The notes under the pieces were generated by a model, which did no database searches, was not told where the DNA came from, and was given only the letters and a program-made list of their open reading frames with translations. From an uncultured Acidobacteriota bacterium (GTDB taxonomy: Bacteria > Acidobacteriota > Vicinamibacteria > Vicinamibacterales > CAVVIG01): 64,000 nucleotides of DNA. Positions 19,842 through 30,404 of this stretch are shown piece after piece. Every line of letters begins with the position of its first letter. The first letter of the stretch is position 1. The DNA lies in NCBI GenBank assembly GCA_963770995.1, contig CAVYRS010000002.1, positions 569,404 to 633,403 on the forward strand, in the 5' to 3' direction. The position numbers and the translations under genes are program-made.

Positions 19842-20899
19842 CACCTATTGATTTGTCGACCACCTATCTCGGACTTCGGCTCACCGGTCCGTTCATGGCC
19901 GGCGCCTCTCCCCTCGGCGATCATCTGGACACGGCGCGGCGGCTCGAGGACGCGGGATGCGCCGCGCTCGTGCTCCACTCGCTGTTCGAGGAGCAGATCT
20001 CGATGCAGGAGACCGGGCGGATCCACCACATGGATCCCCTGGACAGGCAGTTCACGCCGGTCGTCTCGTATTTCCCGAAACCTGACGCCTTCGCGCTCGG
20101 ACCGGACGAATACCTCGAGCACCTTCGCAAGGTCAAGGCGGCGGTCGCGATGCCGGTCATCGGATCGCTGAACGGCGCGACCCCGGAGGCCTGGTTGAAA
20201 TTCTCGACCCTGATTCAGCAGGCGGGCGCTGACGCGCTCGAGCTGAACATGTACGCCGTCGTCACCGATCTCGATCAGAGTGCCATCGCCATCGAACGTG
20301 GCGTGAAGCAGATCGTGCAGGATCTCAAGCGCACCCTCACGATCCCGGTCGCCGTCAAGCTCTCGCCTTTCTTCACGGCGTTCGGCAACGTCGCGCGCGA
20401 GCTCGACACGGTCGGCGCGGACGGACTGGTCCTGTTCAATCGGTTTCTGCAGCCGGACATCGACATTCGCCACCTGGCGGTGTGGCCGCACCTCGAGTTG
20501 TCCAGCAGCCAGGAGCTGTTGCTTCGTCTTCGCTGGCTCGCCATTCTCCACGGACAGGTGCGATGTTCCCTGGCCGCCACCGGCGGCGTCGTCACGCCGA
20601 ACGATGGCATCAAGGCGATCCTGGCTGGCGCCGATGCGGTCCAGATGGTGTCGGCCATCCTCCGTCACGGGCCCTCTTATTTTGCGTTGATGCGCGACGA
20701 GCTCTCGCGGTGGATGGAGTCCCTCGAGCTCCACAGTCTCGAGGACGTTCGCGGACGCCTCAGCCTGGCCAAGACCGACGCGCCCAGCGCGTTCGAGCGG
20801 GCGCAATACGTGCGAACGCTCAGCGGGTGGAGCTCCTGGCTCGGATATCAGGCTTACATGAGCTCGCATCCGGAGGACGAACCGGAGCGGCCGTCCTGA
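19838..20899 (+). CDS. Dihydroorotate dehydrogenase-like flavoprotein
   Basis: DLSTTYLGL, SLFEEQ, PVIGSLNG, ALELNMY, PVAVKLSPFF, LVLFNRF, ATGGV, AGADAVQMVSA. Confidence 0.88.
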   Translation: MTPIDLSTTYLGLRLTGPFMAGASPLGDHLDTARRLEDAGCAALVLHSLFEEQISMQETGRIHHMDPLDRQFTPVVSYFPKPDAFALGPDEYLEHLRKVKAAVAMPVIGSLNGATPEAWLKFSTLIQQAGADALELNMYAVVTDLDQSAIAIERGVKQIVQDLKRTLTIPVAVKLSPFFTAFGNVARELDTVGADGLVLFNRFLQPDIDIRHLAVWPHLELSSSQELLLRLRWLAILHGQVRCSLAATGGVVTPNDGIKAILAGADAVQMVSAILRHGPSYFALMRDELSRWMESLELHSLEDVRGRLSLAKTDAPSAFERAQYVRTLSGWSSWLGYQAYMSSHPEDEPERPS

Positions 20900-20907
20900 T
20901 CGCCGGT

Positions 20908-22650
20908 TCAGACCTTCGCGACTGCCGGCGTCGGCGTGCCGCGATGATGATAGCGAATCGGCAAGTACTCCGGTCTCCACATCGCCTGTCTGACTTCGGT
21001 CTCGGTGTCCCGATCCAAAGAGACCGCGGCGCGACCCTCGGCGATGGCACGACGGATCACCGCACACGCGACAGCGTGCGAGCAGTCGCGAATTCGTGAC
21101 AACTCCGGGTAGACCAACCCTTGCTCCAGATCCGCGGGACGCACCTGTCCGGCCAGCGCCTTCGCCGCGTCCAGAAACATGGTGTCAGTCACGGTCTGAA
21201 CGCGGCCGACCCACAACCCGAGTCCGACGCCGGGGAAGATGAACGCGTTGTTGCCTTGACCGATCCGGTAGCGGCGGCCCTCGTGCACCACCGGCTCGAA
21301 CGGACTTCCCGTGGCCACGATCGCCCGGCCGTCGGACCAGCGGATGGCGTCGCCGGCAGTGCACTCGCTCCGGCTCGTCGGATTCGACAGCGGAAACACG
21401 ATCGGCCGTTCGTTGAACGCCGCCATCGTCCGGACGACCGATTCCGAGAAGATCCCCGGCGTGCCGGATGTGCCGATCAGGATGGTCGGTTTCAGATGAC
21501 GCACCGTTTCCTCGAGCGTGATGCGGGAGGCGTCGCGGGACGCACAGCCTGCCAGATCGTCCGGTGAACGCGCGTACGTCGCTTTGAAGTCTTCGAGATC
21601 CGGCCGGTCCGTCGTCACCAGGCCCCGGCTGTCGACGGTCGAGATTCTGCGACGCGCCTCGTCGCGCGACAGGCCTTCGTCGCCGAGCGCCGACACGAGC
21701 AGATTGGCGATCCCCTGCGCCGACGCACCGGCGCCCGCCAGCACGATCCGCTGATCCCGGAGTGCACCGCGCGTCATCCGCAGCGCGCCATAAATGCCGG
21801 CGACGACGACCGCCGCCGTGCCCTGAATGTCGTCGTTGAAGGTGCAGAGCCGCTCGCGGAATCGGGCCAGCTGGGCAATGGCATTCGCTTTGAGGAAATC
21901 TTCCCACTGGAGGACCACGTCGGGATAGACGCGCATCACCGCGTCGACGAACCGATCGATGAAGGCCTGGTAGGCGGCTCCACGCACCCGCCGATGGCGC
22001 GCGCCGAGATACAGCGGGTCGGCCAGCCGTTCCTCGTTGTCCGTGCCGACGTCCAGCATGATCGGCAATGTGCGATCCGGCGGAATGCCTGCGCACACCG
22101 TGTAGAGGGATAGCTTCCCGATCGGGATGCCCATGCCGCCGATTCCCTGATCCCCCAGACCGAGAATGCGTTCACCGTCGGTGACGACGATCACCGCCGG
22201 CGAGCGCGGATGGTTCTGCAGGATGTCCTCGATCCGATCAGCCTGCTCGAAGGAGATGTACAAGCCGCGCGCGCGGCGATAGATGTGCGAGAACCGCTGA
22301 CAGGCCTCGCCCACGACCGGCGTGTAGACGATCGGCAACATCTCGTCGATGTGATCCTGCAGCAGCCTGAAGAACAGCGTCTCGTTCCGATCCTGCAGGC
22401 TCGCCAGATGGATGTAGCGTTCCAGATTGGTTGGCTTGGCTCGAAAGTTCTCGTACACTCGATCGAGTTGTTGCTCGATGGTGCAGACGGCCGGCGGCAC
22501 CAGCCCCTCGAGGCCCAACGCCCGGCGTTCCTCCGGCGGGAACGCCGTCCCCTTGTTGGTGAACGGATCGAGGAGCAGGGCCTGGCCGCGCCGATCGACG
22601 GCAAGGTAGGCTTCGCCGGTTCGTGCATCGCTGCGGACCGCCCATTGCAT
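20908..22650 (-). CDS. maeA: NAD-dependent malic enzyme
   Basis: NKGTAF, PIVYTPVVG, TDGERILGLGD, LDVGTDN, QWEDF, FNDDIQGT, GAGASA, LSNPT, QGNNAFIFPG. Confidence 0.95.
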   Translation of the reverse strand: MQWAVRSDARTGEAYLAVDRRGQALLLDPFTNKGTAFPPEERRALGLEGLVPPAVCTIEQQLDRVYENFRAKPTNLERYIHLASLQDRNETLFFRLLQDHIDEMLPIVYTPVVGEACQRFSHIYRRARGLYISFEQADRIEDILQNHPRSPAVIVVTDGERILGLGDQGIGGMGIPIGKLSLYTVCAGIPPDRTLPIMLDVGTDNEERLADPLYLGARHRRVRGAAYQAFIDRFVDAVMRVYPDVVLQWEDFLKANAIAQLARFRERLCTFNDDIQGTAAVVVAGIYGALRMTRGALRDQRIVLAGAGASAQGIANLLVSALGDEGLSRDEARRRISTVDSRGLVTTDRPDLEDFKATYARSPDDLAGCASRDASRITLEETVRHLKPTILIGTSGTPGIFSESVVRTMAAFNERPIVFPLSNPTSRSECTAGDAIRWSDGRAIVATGSPFEPVVHEGRRYRIGQGNNAFIFPGVGLGLWVGRVQTVTDTMFLDAAKALAGQVRPADLEQGLVYPELSRIRDCSHAVACAVIRRAIAEGRAAVSLDRDTETEVRQAMWRPEYLPIRYHHRGTPTPAVAKV

Positions 22651-22689
22651 CGTCGGGTCCCTTTCGTGATGATCGAGGAGCCGTCGGGC

Positions 22690-22773
22690 TGCCGGCATTC
22701 CGGCACCCGAAGAGCCGGAGATGCCCGCTGCAAACAGGCTGCCGAGGGGTGGCCTCTTGGCACGTCGTTGGCT
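22690..22773 (+). promoter_or_regulatory. Palindrome TGCCGGCATTCCGGCA (22690-22705) and sigma-54 site TGGCACGTCGTTGGCT (22758-22773)
   Basis: Read directly in the divergent intergenic region. Confidence 0.6.
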
Positions 22774-22802
22774 CTCCATGTGTCGACAATCGGATTGCCA
22801 CC

Positions 22803-24560
22803 GTGAAATTCGCCGCGCTTGCAGTCGACTACGACGGAACGATCGCGACCGACGGCGTCTTCGACCCGTCAGTCCGCCTGGCGATCGGCGAGGCGCGACA
22901 GTTGGGGATCGTGGTGGCGCTGGTCACCGGCCGCAGGCTGGCCGACTTGCACCGCGTCGCCGGCGATCTCACCTGCTTCGACGTGATCGTCGCGGAAAAC
23001 GGGGCCGTGCTCGAATTCCCGTCGAGCGGGCGCCAGGTCGTGCTCGGCCGCCCGCCCTTGCCGGCGGTCATCCAGGCGATGCGCGACGGCGGCGTCGACG
23101 TCGCGGTTGGCCAATCGGTCATCGAAGCGGATGCGGCAGCCGCACCGGCGATCCTCGACATCATCCGCCGTCTCGAACAGCCGTTGATCCTGGTTTTCAA
23201 TCGAGCGCGGTTGATGGTGCTGCCGCAGGCGACCGCCAAGTCGACGGGTCTCCGCCAGGCGCTGTTTGCGCTGCGCGTGTCGATTCACAATGCGATCGCG
23301 ATCGGCGACGCCGAAAACGATCACGATCTGCTCGATGCCTGCGAAGTCGGCGTGGCCGTCGGCTGGGGCAGCGCGGCGTTGCGTGCCGAAGCCGACGAGA
23401 TCATCGACGGCACCGGACCGGCCGCCGTGGCGGACTACATCCGGCGGGTCTGTCGTCAGCCCCGGCTCTCCGCGGCACAGATGGGACGGCGGCGCCTGCT
23501 GCTCGGGCACCAGCACAACGGCGATCCGGTGAGCCTGGCCATTCGCGGCCGGACGGTGATCATCGCTGGCGAGCCGGGCAGCGGGAAGTCGTGGCTCGCG
23601 GGCTCGCTGTGTGAACAGTTGATCCTGCAGGGCTACTGCGTGTGCGTCATCGATCCGGAAGGCGATTACCGATCGCTCGAGGCGCTGCCCGGCGTGATCG
23701 CGCTGGGCGGCGACGATCCGCCGCCGCAAGCGCGGGAATTGGCGCGCGCGCTGCGCCATCCGGACGTCAGCGTGATTGTCGATCTCTCGAAACTGTCGCA
23801 CCGCGAGAAACTCGATTACCTGGCCACACTGCTGCCCGTGCTCGTCGCGCTCAGGCGCCGAACCGGACTGCCGCACAAGATTCTCCTGGACGAAGCCCAC
23901 TACTTCCTCTCCGGAAAGCAGAGCGCGCAGTGCTTCGATCGCGAGCTCGCAGGCTACATCCTCGTCACCTACCGCGTGTCGGCGCTCGACCCGTCGATTC
24001 TCGGAGACTCGGACGCCGTCGTCATGGTGACGCGTGAAACGGATCCGTTGGAGATGCGGACGCTGCAAACGCTCTCTGCCGGGTGGTCATCGCCTCCTGC
24101 CTCGCAGACGGTGCTTGGAGACCTTGCCGACAACGAGGCGGCGCTGCTGCCCGGCGCCGTGGAAGCCGAGGGCGCGATCAAGCGATTCCTGCTCGCGCCC
24201 CGGCTCACCGCGCATGTGCGCCATCAGACGAAGTACCTCGACATGCCCGTCAACGACAGCCAGGCGTTCGTCTTCTGGCTGAACGGCCGGCCCGGCCCGC
24301 GCGTGCGGACGTTGAAGGCGCTGGTCGGTCTGCTGGTGACCCTGCCGCCCGCCGCGATCGAGGGCCATCTTCGCCGCCACGATTTTTCGCGGTGGATCAA
24401 CGACGTGTTTCGCGATGGACCGCTGGCCCGGCACTTGGGCGGCATCGAAGCGCGGATTCGATCGGACGAGCCGCACGACATCGCAGCCGCGATCGGTCAG
24501 GCCATCCGGGCGCGCTACGAACCAGTGGCCGAACGTGAGACGGAACAGACGACCACCTGA
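22803..24560 (+). CDS. HAD-IIB hydrolase fused to a HerA/DUF87-like P-loop domain and a C-terminal helical domain
   Basis: DYDGT, TGR, AENG, GDAEND; GEPGSGKS, IDPEGDY, LLDEAH; HLRRHDFSRWI. Confidence 0.85.
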   Translation: MKFAALAVDYDGTIATDGVFDPSVRLAIGEARQLGIVVALVTGRRLADLHRVAGDLTCFDVIVAENGAVLEFPSSGRQVVLGRPPLPAVIQAMRDGGVDVAVGQSVIEADAAAAPAILDIIRRLEQPLILVFNRARLMVLPQATAKSTGLRQALFALRVSIHNAIAIGDAENDHDLLDACEVGVAVGWGSAALRAEADEIIDGTGPAAVADYIRRVCRQPRLSAAQMGRRRLLLGHQHNGDPVSLAIRGRTVIIAGEPGSGKSWLAGSLCEQLILQGYCVCVIDPEGDYRSLEALPGVIALGGDDPPPQARELARALRHPDVSVIVDLSKLSHREKLDYLATLLPVLVALRRRTGLPHKILLDEAHYFLSGKQSAQCFDRELAGYILVTYRVSALDPSILGDSDAVVMVTRETDPLEMRTLQTLSAGWSSPPASQTVLGDLADNEAALLPGAVEAEGAIKRFLLAPRLTAHVRHQTKYLDMPVNDSQAFVFWLNGRPGPRVRTLKALVGLLVTLPPAAIEGHLRRHDFSRWINDVFRDGPLARHLGGIEARIRSDEPHDIAAAIGQAIRARYEPVAERETEQTTT

Positions 24561-24592
24561 CCCTCCGACCCTCTCAGCTGTGGCGGGGGCGT

Positions 24593-24705
24593 TGCGGGAA
24601 ATCCGGCACTCCCGCGGAAAAACCCGCAGCGGCCGAAGCATGCATCACTCCGCGTCCGCCGAAAAGGCGCGCTTTTGCGCATCAGCCCTTGGCATGGACC
24701 GTGCT
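24593..24705 (+). promoter_or_regulatory. Tandem palindromes (24593-24608, 24613-24628) and sigma-54 site (24690-24705)
   Basis: TGCGGGAAATCCGGCA, CGCGGAAAAACCCGCA, TGGCATGGACCGTGCT. Confidence 0.6.
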
Positions 24706-25083
24706 CATGTGTTTGGCGAAATGAGATTCGCGCGAACCATCGGATCGGCGCCTGCGATGATCTCGGCCATCATCGGCTCGACGGCCACACCGACGTTCAC
24801 GGTGGTCAGTCGCGGGTCCGGGTTCGCGCGGATCGTTCCTCGATGCCGGTGGCGACGAGTGCCGTCCAGGTGGCGTTGACGCCACAACAACTGATTTACG
24901 GTCGACTCGTCGCCGCCGCATCCCTCGTCCTCGATTGCCTGATGCTCTTCCCGGCGCTGCCAGCCATTGATGGTGCGGCAGGTGGTCGCCAGCCACGAAC
25001 TTCCAGCAATAGCGGGTTTTGAGCAGGGTCGCGGCGTGTCGATTGCACTGATCCGTTGCAGACGCAACGAAAGGACTCAGTCG

Positions 25084-26022
25084 ATGGCCCGCGCGCTTCA
25101 TCGCTTCTGGTTGCTGGGCGCCTCGGTGTCGCGTCTGCGATTCACGACAGTCCTCGCCACAGTGGGAATCGTGCACGTGGTTGTGGGCGGACCTGCGCCC
25201 GTGCCATTGCCGGTACATCCGTCGGCCGGCGCGATCGCCTCGATGGCATCCCACGCGATCGTCCTGGGCCTCGCGGCCGCTGCGGCCGCGCGAATCGTCC
25301 CGATGACGGCGTCGGCATCGCCTTCGCTCCCGACGCCGTCGCGAGACGACGTCGTCCATCACGTGGTGTTCCTTGCCCGCGAGTCTCAAATGCCCGCCCG
25401 CGGCGGCGGTGGCGGCGGCAACCGGCAAAAAGAACCCATCCGTCGCGCCGAGGCGGTCGGAGCGGACCGCGAGACGCTGCGCGCGGTCCGGACCGTGCCG
25501 AGCGCCGGCGACGACGAAACGCCCGCTCCGCTTCCGCAAATCCTGCTCGACGCCAGGCCGCTCTCGTCAGGTATTCTCGATCACCTGGGCCTTCCAGCCG
25601 GCGGCGTGTCGTTCGGCACGTCGACAGGACCTGGTTCCGGAGGCGGGGTGGGCAGCGGCATCGGCACCGGGATCGGCTCGGGCCGCGGGCCGGGCTTGGG
25701 CGCCGGGTCCGGCGGGGGCGCCGGCGGCGGGCTGTATCGGCCCGGTGGATTGGTGACGCCGCCGCGTGTGCTCAAAGAGGTCAAGCCCTGGTACACGGCT
25801 CGCGCGCTGCTCGACCGAATTCAGGGAACCGTCGTGCTCGCCTTCGTGGTGCGGGCGAACGGCGAACCGGTGGACATTCGCGTCGTTCGTTCGCTCGACC
25901 CCGGCGGACTCGACGATCAGGCAATCGAGGCGGTCAGCCAGTGGCGCTTCGAACCCGGTCGGCTCGCGGGCAGGCCGGTCGATGTCGTCGTCACCGTGCT
26001 GCTCGACTTTACGATGCGCTAG
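25084..26022 (+). CDS. Energy transducer TonB family protein (start uncertain)
   Basis: TM segment, GGGGGGNR, Gly-rich linker, C-terminal TonB_C (PWYT..A...IQGTVVL...AVSQWRFEPG); sigma-54-like site at 25032-25047. Confidence 0.8.
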   Translation: MARALHRFWLLGASVSRLRFTTVLATVGIVHVVVGGPAPVPLPVHPSAGAIASMASHAIVLGLAAAAAARIVPMTASASPSLPTPSRDDVVHHVVFLARESQMPARGGGGGGNRQKEPIRRAEAVGADRETLRAVRTVPSAGDDETPAPLPQILLDARPLSSGILDHLGLPAGGVSFGTSTGPGSGGGVGSGIGTGIGSGRGPGLGAGSGGGAGGGLYRPGGLVTPPRVLKEVKPWYTARALLDRIQGTVVLAFVVRANGEPVDIRVVRSLDPGGLDDQAIEAVSQWRFEPGRLAGRPVDVVVTVLLDFTMR

Positions 26023-26178
26023 CCGTGCTTGCAGGCCGAAAATGTGTACGAATCTGTCAAGTTCCTGCAAGCCCGGCTTAGGCGCGGCCGACTTGGCGGC
26101 CGCGCAGCTAGTAACGAAGCGGAGCCACGTGCAGATTATTGGATGGTTTGAGGCGGAGCTTCGTTACAACGGTAGTCG

Positions 26179-27435
26179 ATGATCGATCGTTCGGAATTCT
26201 TCGGCATCGTTGTCGCCGCGATCGGCGGGCTCGCGATCGGCGTCGAGCGGCAGCAATCCGGCCACGCGAGCGGCGGCACCGCGCGGTTCGGAGGCGTTCG
26301 CACGTTCACGCTGCTCGGCGGCATCGCCGGGCTCGCGGGATGGTTGACGACCCTTCACTACACCGCGCTGGGAGCAGTGTTGATCGCCGGCGCGGTTGCC
26401 CTCGTCGTCTCGGGCTACATCGCGGCGAGCGACCGCGATGTCGATGCAACGACTGAGGCGGCGGCGCTGGTGGTGATTGGCGCCGGCCTGACGGCCGGCG
26501 TCGGCCGCCCGGTCATCGCCAGCGGCATCATCGCGGTGTGCGCGTTGCTGCTCGTCGAAAAGTCGAGGCTGCACGCGCTCGTGGCGCGGATCGACGACAG
26601 TGAGCTGCGCGCGGCCGCCCGGTTCGGCGTCATGGCCGTCGTCATCCTGCCGCTGCTGCCCGTCGGCCCGATCGGTCCTGCCGGCCTGATCAAACCGCAA
26701 GGGCTGTGGCTGCTCGTTCTGCTGTTCACGGGGTTGGGATTCTCGGGGTACGTCGCACGCCGGCTGTTCGGCTCGGAACACGGGTATCCCGTCGCCGGGC
26801 TGCTCGGCGGCCTCATCTCCTCGACCAGTGTCACGCTCACGTTTGCCCGGCTCAGTCGGCAGGAGACCGCGCTCGCCCGGCCGCTCGCGATCGGGACGAT
26901 CGCCGCGTGCACGATGCTCTTTCCACGTGTGCTCGTCGCGACGGCCCTGCTCAATCTCGCGGTCTCGTGGAGGCTGCTGCCCTACCTGGTGCTGCCCTTC
27001 ACAGTCGGCGTCGTCATGACGGCGGTGTGGTGGAAGACGAGCGACCGGGTCGAGCGATCGGTTCCTCAGCCGTCGAATCCGCTCCAGATCGGGCCGGCGC
27101 TGCAGATGGCCCTTCTGTTTCAAATCGTGCTCTTCGCCGTGCACGGAGCCGAGCGTCTCTTCGGCGACAAGGGCCTGCTCGCGTCCGGCGCCGTGCTGGG
27201 TCTCACCGACGTCGACGCGCTGACGATCTCGATGACGTCGACGGCTGCCGCCGGGCACGGCGAGTCGGTGGCCGCTCAGGCGATTGCGATCGGCATTCTC
27301 ATGAACTGTGTCCTGAAGGCGGGCCTCTCTGTGGCGCTGGGCGCGCCGGAGTTCCGTCGGCTCGCTGGAGGACTCGTCGGTACGATGGCGATCGCGCTTG
27401 CAATCGCGCTTGCCACGGTGTCCGCGACGCCGTAG
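26179..27435 (+). CDS. MgtC/SapB + DUF4010 membrane protein
   Basis: GLAIGVERQ, GGVRTF, TTEAA, LPLLP, GGLISSTSVT, GLTDVDA. Confidence 0.9.
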   Translation: MIDRSEFFGIVVAAIGGLAIGVERQQSGHASGGTARFGGVRTFTLLGGIAGLAGWLTTLHYTALGAVLIAGAVALVVSGYIAASDRDVDATTEAAALVVIGAGLTAGVGRPVIASGIIAVCALLLVEKSRLHALVARIDDSELRAAARFGVMAVVILPLLPVGPIGPAGLIKPQGLWLLVLLFTGLGFSGYVARRLFGSEHGYPVAGLLGGLISSTSVTLTFARLSRQETALARPLAIGTIAACTMLFPRVLVATALLNLAVSWRLLPYLVLPFTVGVVMTAVWWKTSDRVERSVPQPSNPLQIGPALQMALLFQIVLFAVHGAERLFGDKGLLASGAVLGLTDVDALTISMTSTAAAGHGESVAAQAIAIGILMNCVLKAGLSVALGAPEFRRLAGGLVGTMAIALAIALATVSATP

Positions 27436-27461
27436 ACGAGCGGGAGACTTGGAAGACTGCG

Positions 27462-29643
27462 TTGCAGAACGACACGGCGGGACACTCACCAGACGTGGAC
27501 CAGCCCTACTGGGCGGTTGACGACGAAGAAGTCCTTCGCCGGACCGGTTCGTCGAGATCCGGTTTGTCCGCAGCCGACGCCGCACGACGCCTCCGCGAGC
27601 AGGGACCGAATCTCGTACGCGATCGCGTGCGGCTCACGCGCACGCGCGTCATCCTCAGCCAGCTCCGGAATCCATTGCTGCTGGTGCTCGTGTTCGCCGC
27701 CATCGCGTCAACGCTCACGGGCGAATGGGTAGACGCGTCCATCGTGCTCGCCATCGTTGTCGCCACGGTCGGCATCGGCTACTCGCGCGAATACAGCGCC
27801 CAGACGGCAGCAGCGGCCCTGCAGAGTCGCGTGCATGCCAGAACGCGAGTGCTCCGCGACGGCGGCGCCCTCACCGTCCCGAACGCCGACGTGGTGATCG
27901 GAGACGTGGTGCTCCTGTCGGCCGGAAGCATCGTACCGGCCGACGGCGTGATTTTGGAGGCAACGGACTTCTTCGTGAGCGAGGCGGTGCTGACCGGCGA
28001 GAGCTTTCCTGTCGAAAAGCGGCCCGGCCGGGTCCTGGCCTCCGCGGCGCTGCGCGATCGTTCGAACTGCGTGTATCTGGGCACCAACGTCCGAAGCGGC
28101 GCGGCGCGGTGTGTCGTCGCGGCGACCGGACGCGGGACGCAGTTCGGCGCGATCGCGCACCAGCTGACGCTGCGGCCGCCCGAGGCCGAGTTCGACCGGG
28201 GCCTCCGCCATTTCGGCTACCTCCTGACGAGCACCATGATCGTCATGGTCTTCGTGGTGTTCATCGTGCACGTGTTCTCCGGCCGGGCGCCCATCGAAAC
28301 GCTGCTGTTCGCGGTTGCGCTCGCGGTCGGCCTCAGCCCGGAGTTGCTGCCCGCCATCCTGAGCGTGAACCTGGCGCGCGGCGCCCAGATGATGGCGCGG
28401 CACGGTGTGCTCGTCCGGCGTCTCAACGCGATTGAGAACCTCGGCAGCATGGACGTGCTGTGCACCGACAAGACCGGTACGCTCACGCAGGGCGTCGTAA
28501 AGATGGAATCCAAGCCCTGCGTACGGACGCGAGCTCGAACGCGACCTCACATTCGAGGGCTGCCTTACGTTCCTGGACCGGCCGAAAGAGGACGCCGCCG
28601 GCGCGATTCGCAGCCTCGCGAAGCTCGGCGTCTCGATCAAGATCATCACGGGCGACAGCAAACCAATCGCCCAGCATGTCGCCGCGCTGGTCGGGTTGAG
28701 GACGGACCGGGTGCTGACCGGACCCGAACTCGAGCAGACGTCCGACGAGGCCCTCTGGCGCCAGGCCGAGCGCACCGATCTCTTCGTCGAAGTCGACCCG
28801 AACGAAAAGGAACGGATCATCCTGGCGCTCAAGAAGATGGGCCACGTCGTGGGCTTTCTGGGCGACGGCGTGAACGACGCTCCTGCGATGCACGCCGCCG
28901 ATACGAGCCTCTCGGTCGAGCAGGCGGTCGACGTGGCGCGCGAGGCCGCAGACTTCGTGCTGCTCGATCACAGCCTGGACGTGATCCGGCGAGGCATCGA
29001 GGCGGGCCGCCTGACGTTCGCGAACACGCTCAAGTACGTGCTCACCACGACCAGCGCGAACCTCGGCAACATGATCAGCATGGCGGCCGCGTCGCTGTTC
29101 CTCCCCTTCCTGCCGCTCCTGGCCGGTCAGATCCTGCTGAACAACTTCCTCTCGGACGTGCCGGCCGTCGGCATCGCCAACGACGCGGTCGACCCCGAAC
29201 TGATCGAGCGTCCGCACCGCTGGAACATGCGGGCGATCGGTCGTTTCATGGTGGTGTTCGGCGCCGTGAGCTCGGTGTTCGACGTGCTGATGTTCGGCGT
29301 GCTGCTGATCGGCTTCCGGGCGGGGCCCGTTCTCTTCAGAACCGGATGGTTCGTCGAATCGCTGCTCACCGAGCTCGTGATCGCTCTGGTCGTCCGCACG
29401 CGCCGGCCGTTCTACCGCAGCCGGCCCGGCGCCGTCCTGCTCTGGTCAACGGTCGTCCTCGCCGTACTGACCGTGCTTCTTCCGTACGTCCCATTCGTCG
29501 GGATCGTGGGATTCGCTCCGTTGCCCGCCGGAGTGATGGGTGCTGTCCTGGCGATCACGGCTCTGTACGTGGCCGCGACCGAGGGGGCGAAACGCTGGTT
29601 CTATCGACGGATGCCGGACGATGGCGCCGCCGCGCCGGCGTGA
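27462..29643 (+). pseudogene. mgtA: Mg2+-transporting P-type ATPase (MgtA-like) lacking most of the N domain, with a frameshift near 28510
   Basis: LTGES, GLSPELLP, DKTGTLT, then an abrupt jump to ELERDLTFEGCLTFLDRPK, TGD, GDGVND, SANLGNMISM, FRTGWFVESL; no KGA region. Start approximate. Confidence 0.8.
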
Positions 29644-30389
29644 GGTCGCGCTTCCGCGAGCGGCGTTGCCGGAATGCCCGCGTAGGTGCGGCCTCCCGGC
29701 AGCTTCGCGTGTTTGGGAACGAAGCTCAAAGCGCCGATCTGCGAATGGGATCCGATCTCGACGCCGATCTCGATCACGCTGCCGAGGCCGATCGTCACAT
29801 CGTCCCCGAGCCGCACCCGGGCCGTCTTGACGACGCCGGCTTCGACGGTGTGACCGGACAGATGGACGTCGCCACCAATGACGACATCGTCGCCGAACTC
29901 GATCAGATTATAGTCGGTGACCGCGAGGCTGTTGACGAACACGCGGCTCCCGAGGCGGGCTCCGCTCAGTCGGAGATGAGCGGTCCAGAGCGGTGTCCCT
30001 CGAAAGAGCGTTCCAGCGATGACCCGCACCAGATGGATTGACGCGCCATATCGAACCCAGCGCAGCAGCGCCCAATCCATGTCGGCGATCCGCATTTCGG
30101 CGTCAGCGGGCGTCTGCCATCGCAGCAGGCGAAGCGCCAGCGGCGAGACAACCATCAGGCACAGCGCAAAGACGATGTACGACGGCGCAATGGCGAGGCT
30201 GACCACGGCCCATCGCGCGGCGCCGTCAAGGATGCCGGCGGCCGCGACCCACTCCCAGAACAGCGCGACCGGCGCCGCCGAGACGGCGCACACCATCGAT
30301 TGCACGACGACCAGCGATGCCATCGTCCACACAATGCGCCCCATCACGGCGGCGACCTCTGGGGCGCTTCGTGGTGGACCGGCTGGCAT
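29601..30389 (-). CDS. Membrane-anchored hexapeptide-repeat (left-handed beta-helix) acyltransferase-like protein
   Basis: Two TM helices then GARLGSRV, IEFGDDVVIGG, VRLGDDVTIG, YAGIPA; start may be 30344. Confidence 0.75.
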   Translation of the reverse strand: MPAGPPRSAPEVAAVMGRIVWTMASLVVVQSMVCAVSAAPVALFWEWVAAAGILDGAARWAVVSLAIAPSYIVFALCLMVVSPLALRLLRWQTPADAEMRIADMDWALLRWVRYGASIHLVRVIAGTLFRGTPLWTAHLRLSGARLGSRVFVNSLAVTDYNLIEFGDDVVIGGDVHLSGHTVEAGVVKTARVRLGDDVTIGLGSVIEIGVEIGSHSQIGALSFVPKHAKLPGGRTYAGIPATPLAEARPHAGAAAPSSGIRR

Positions 30390-30404
30390 GGCGGGACGTC
30401 TCCA

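Noticed and set aside
25620-25740. Gly-rich repetitive stretch
   Set aside because: Ordinary linker of an acidobacterial-type TonB protein.
26706-30041. 1111-aa ORF in the ORF track
   Set aside because: A shadow frame joined to the N-terminal half of mgtA; only about 27462-28510 is real coding in that frame.
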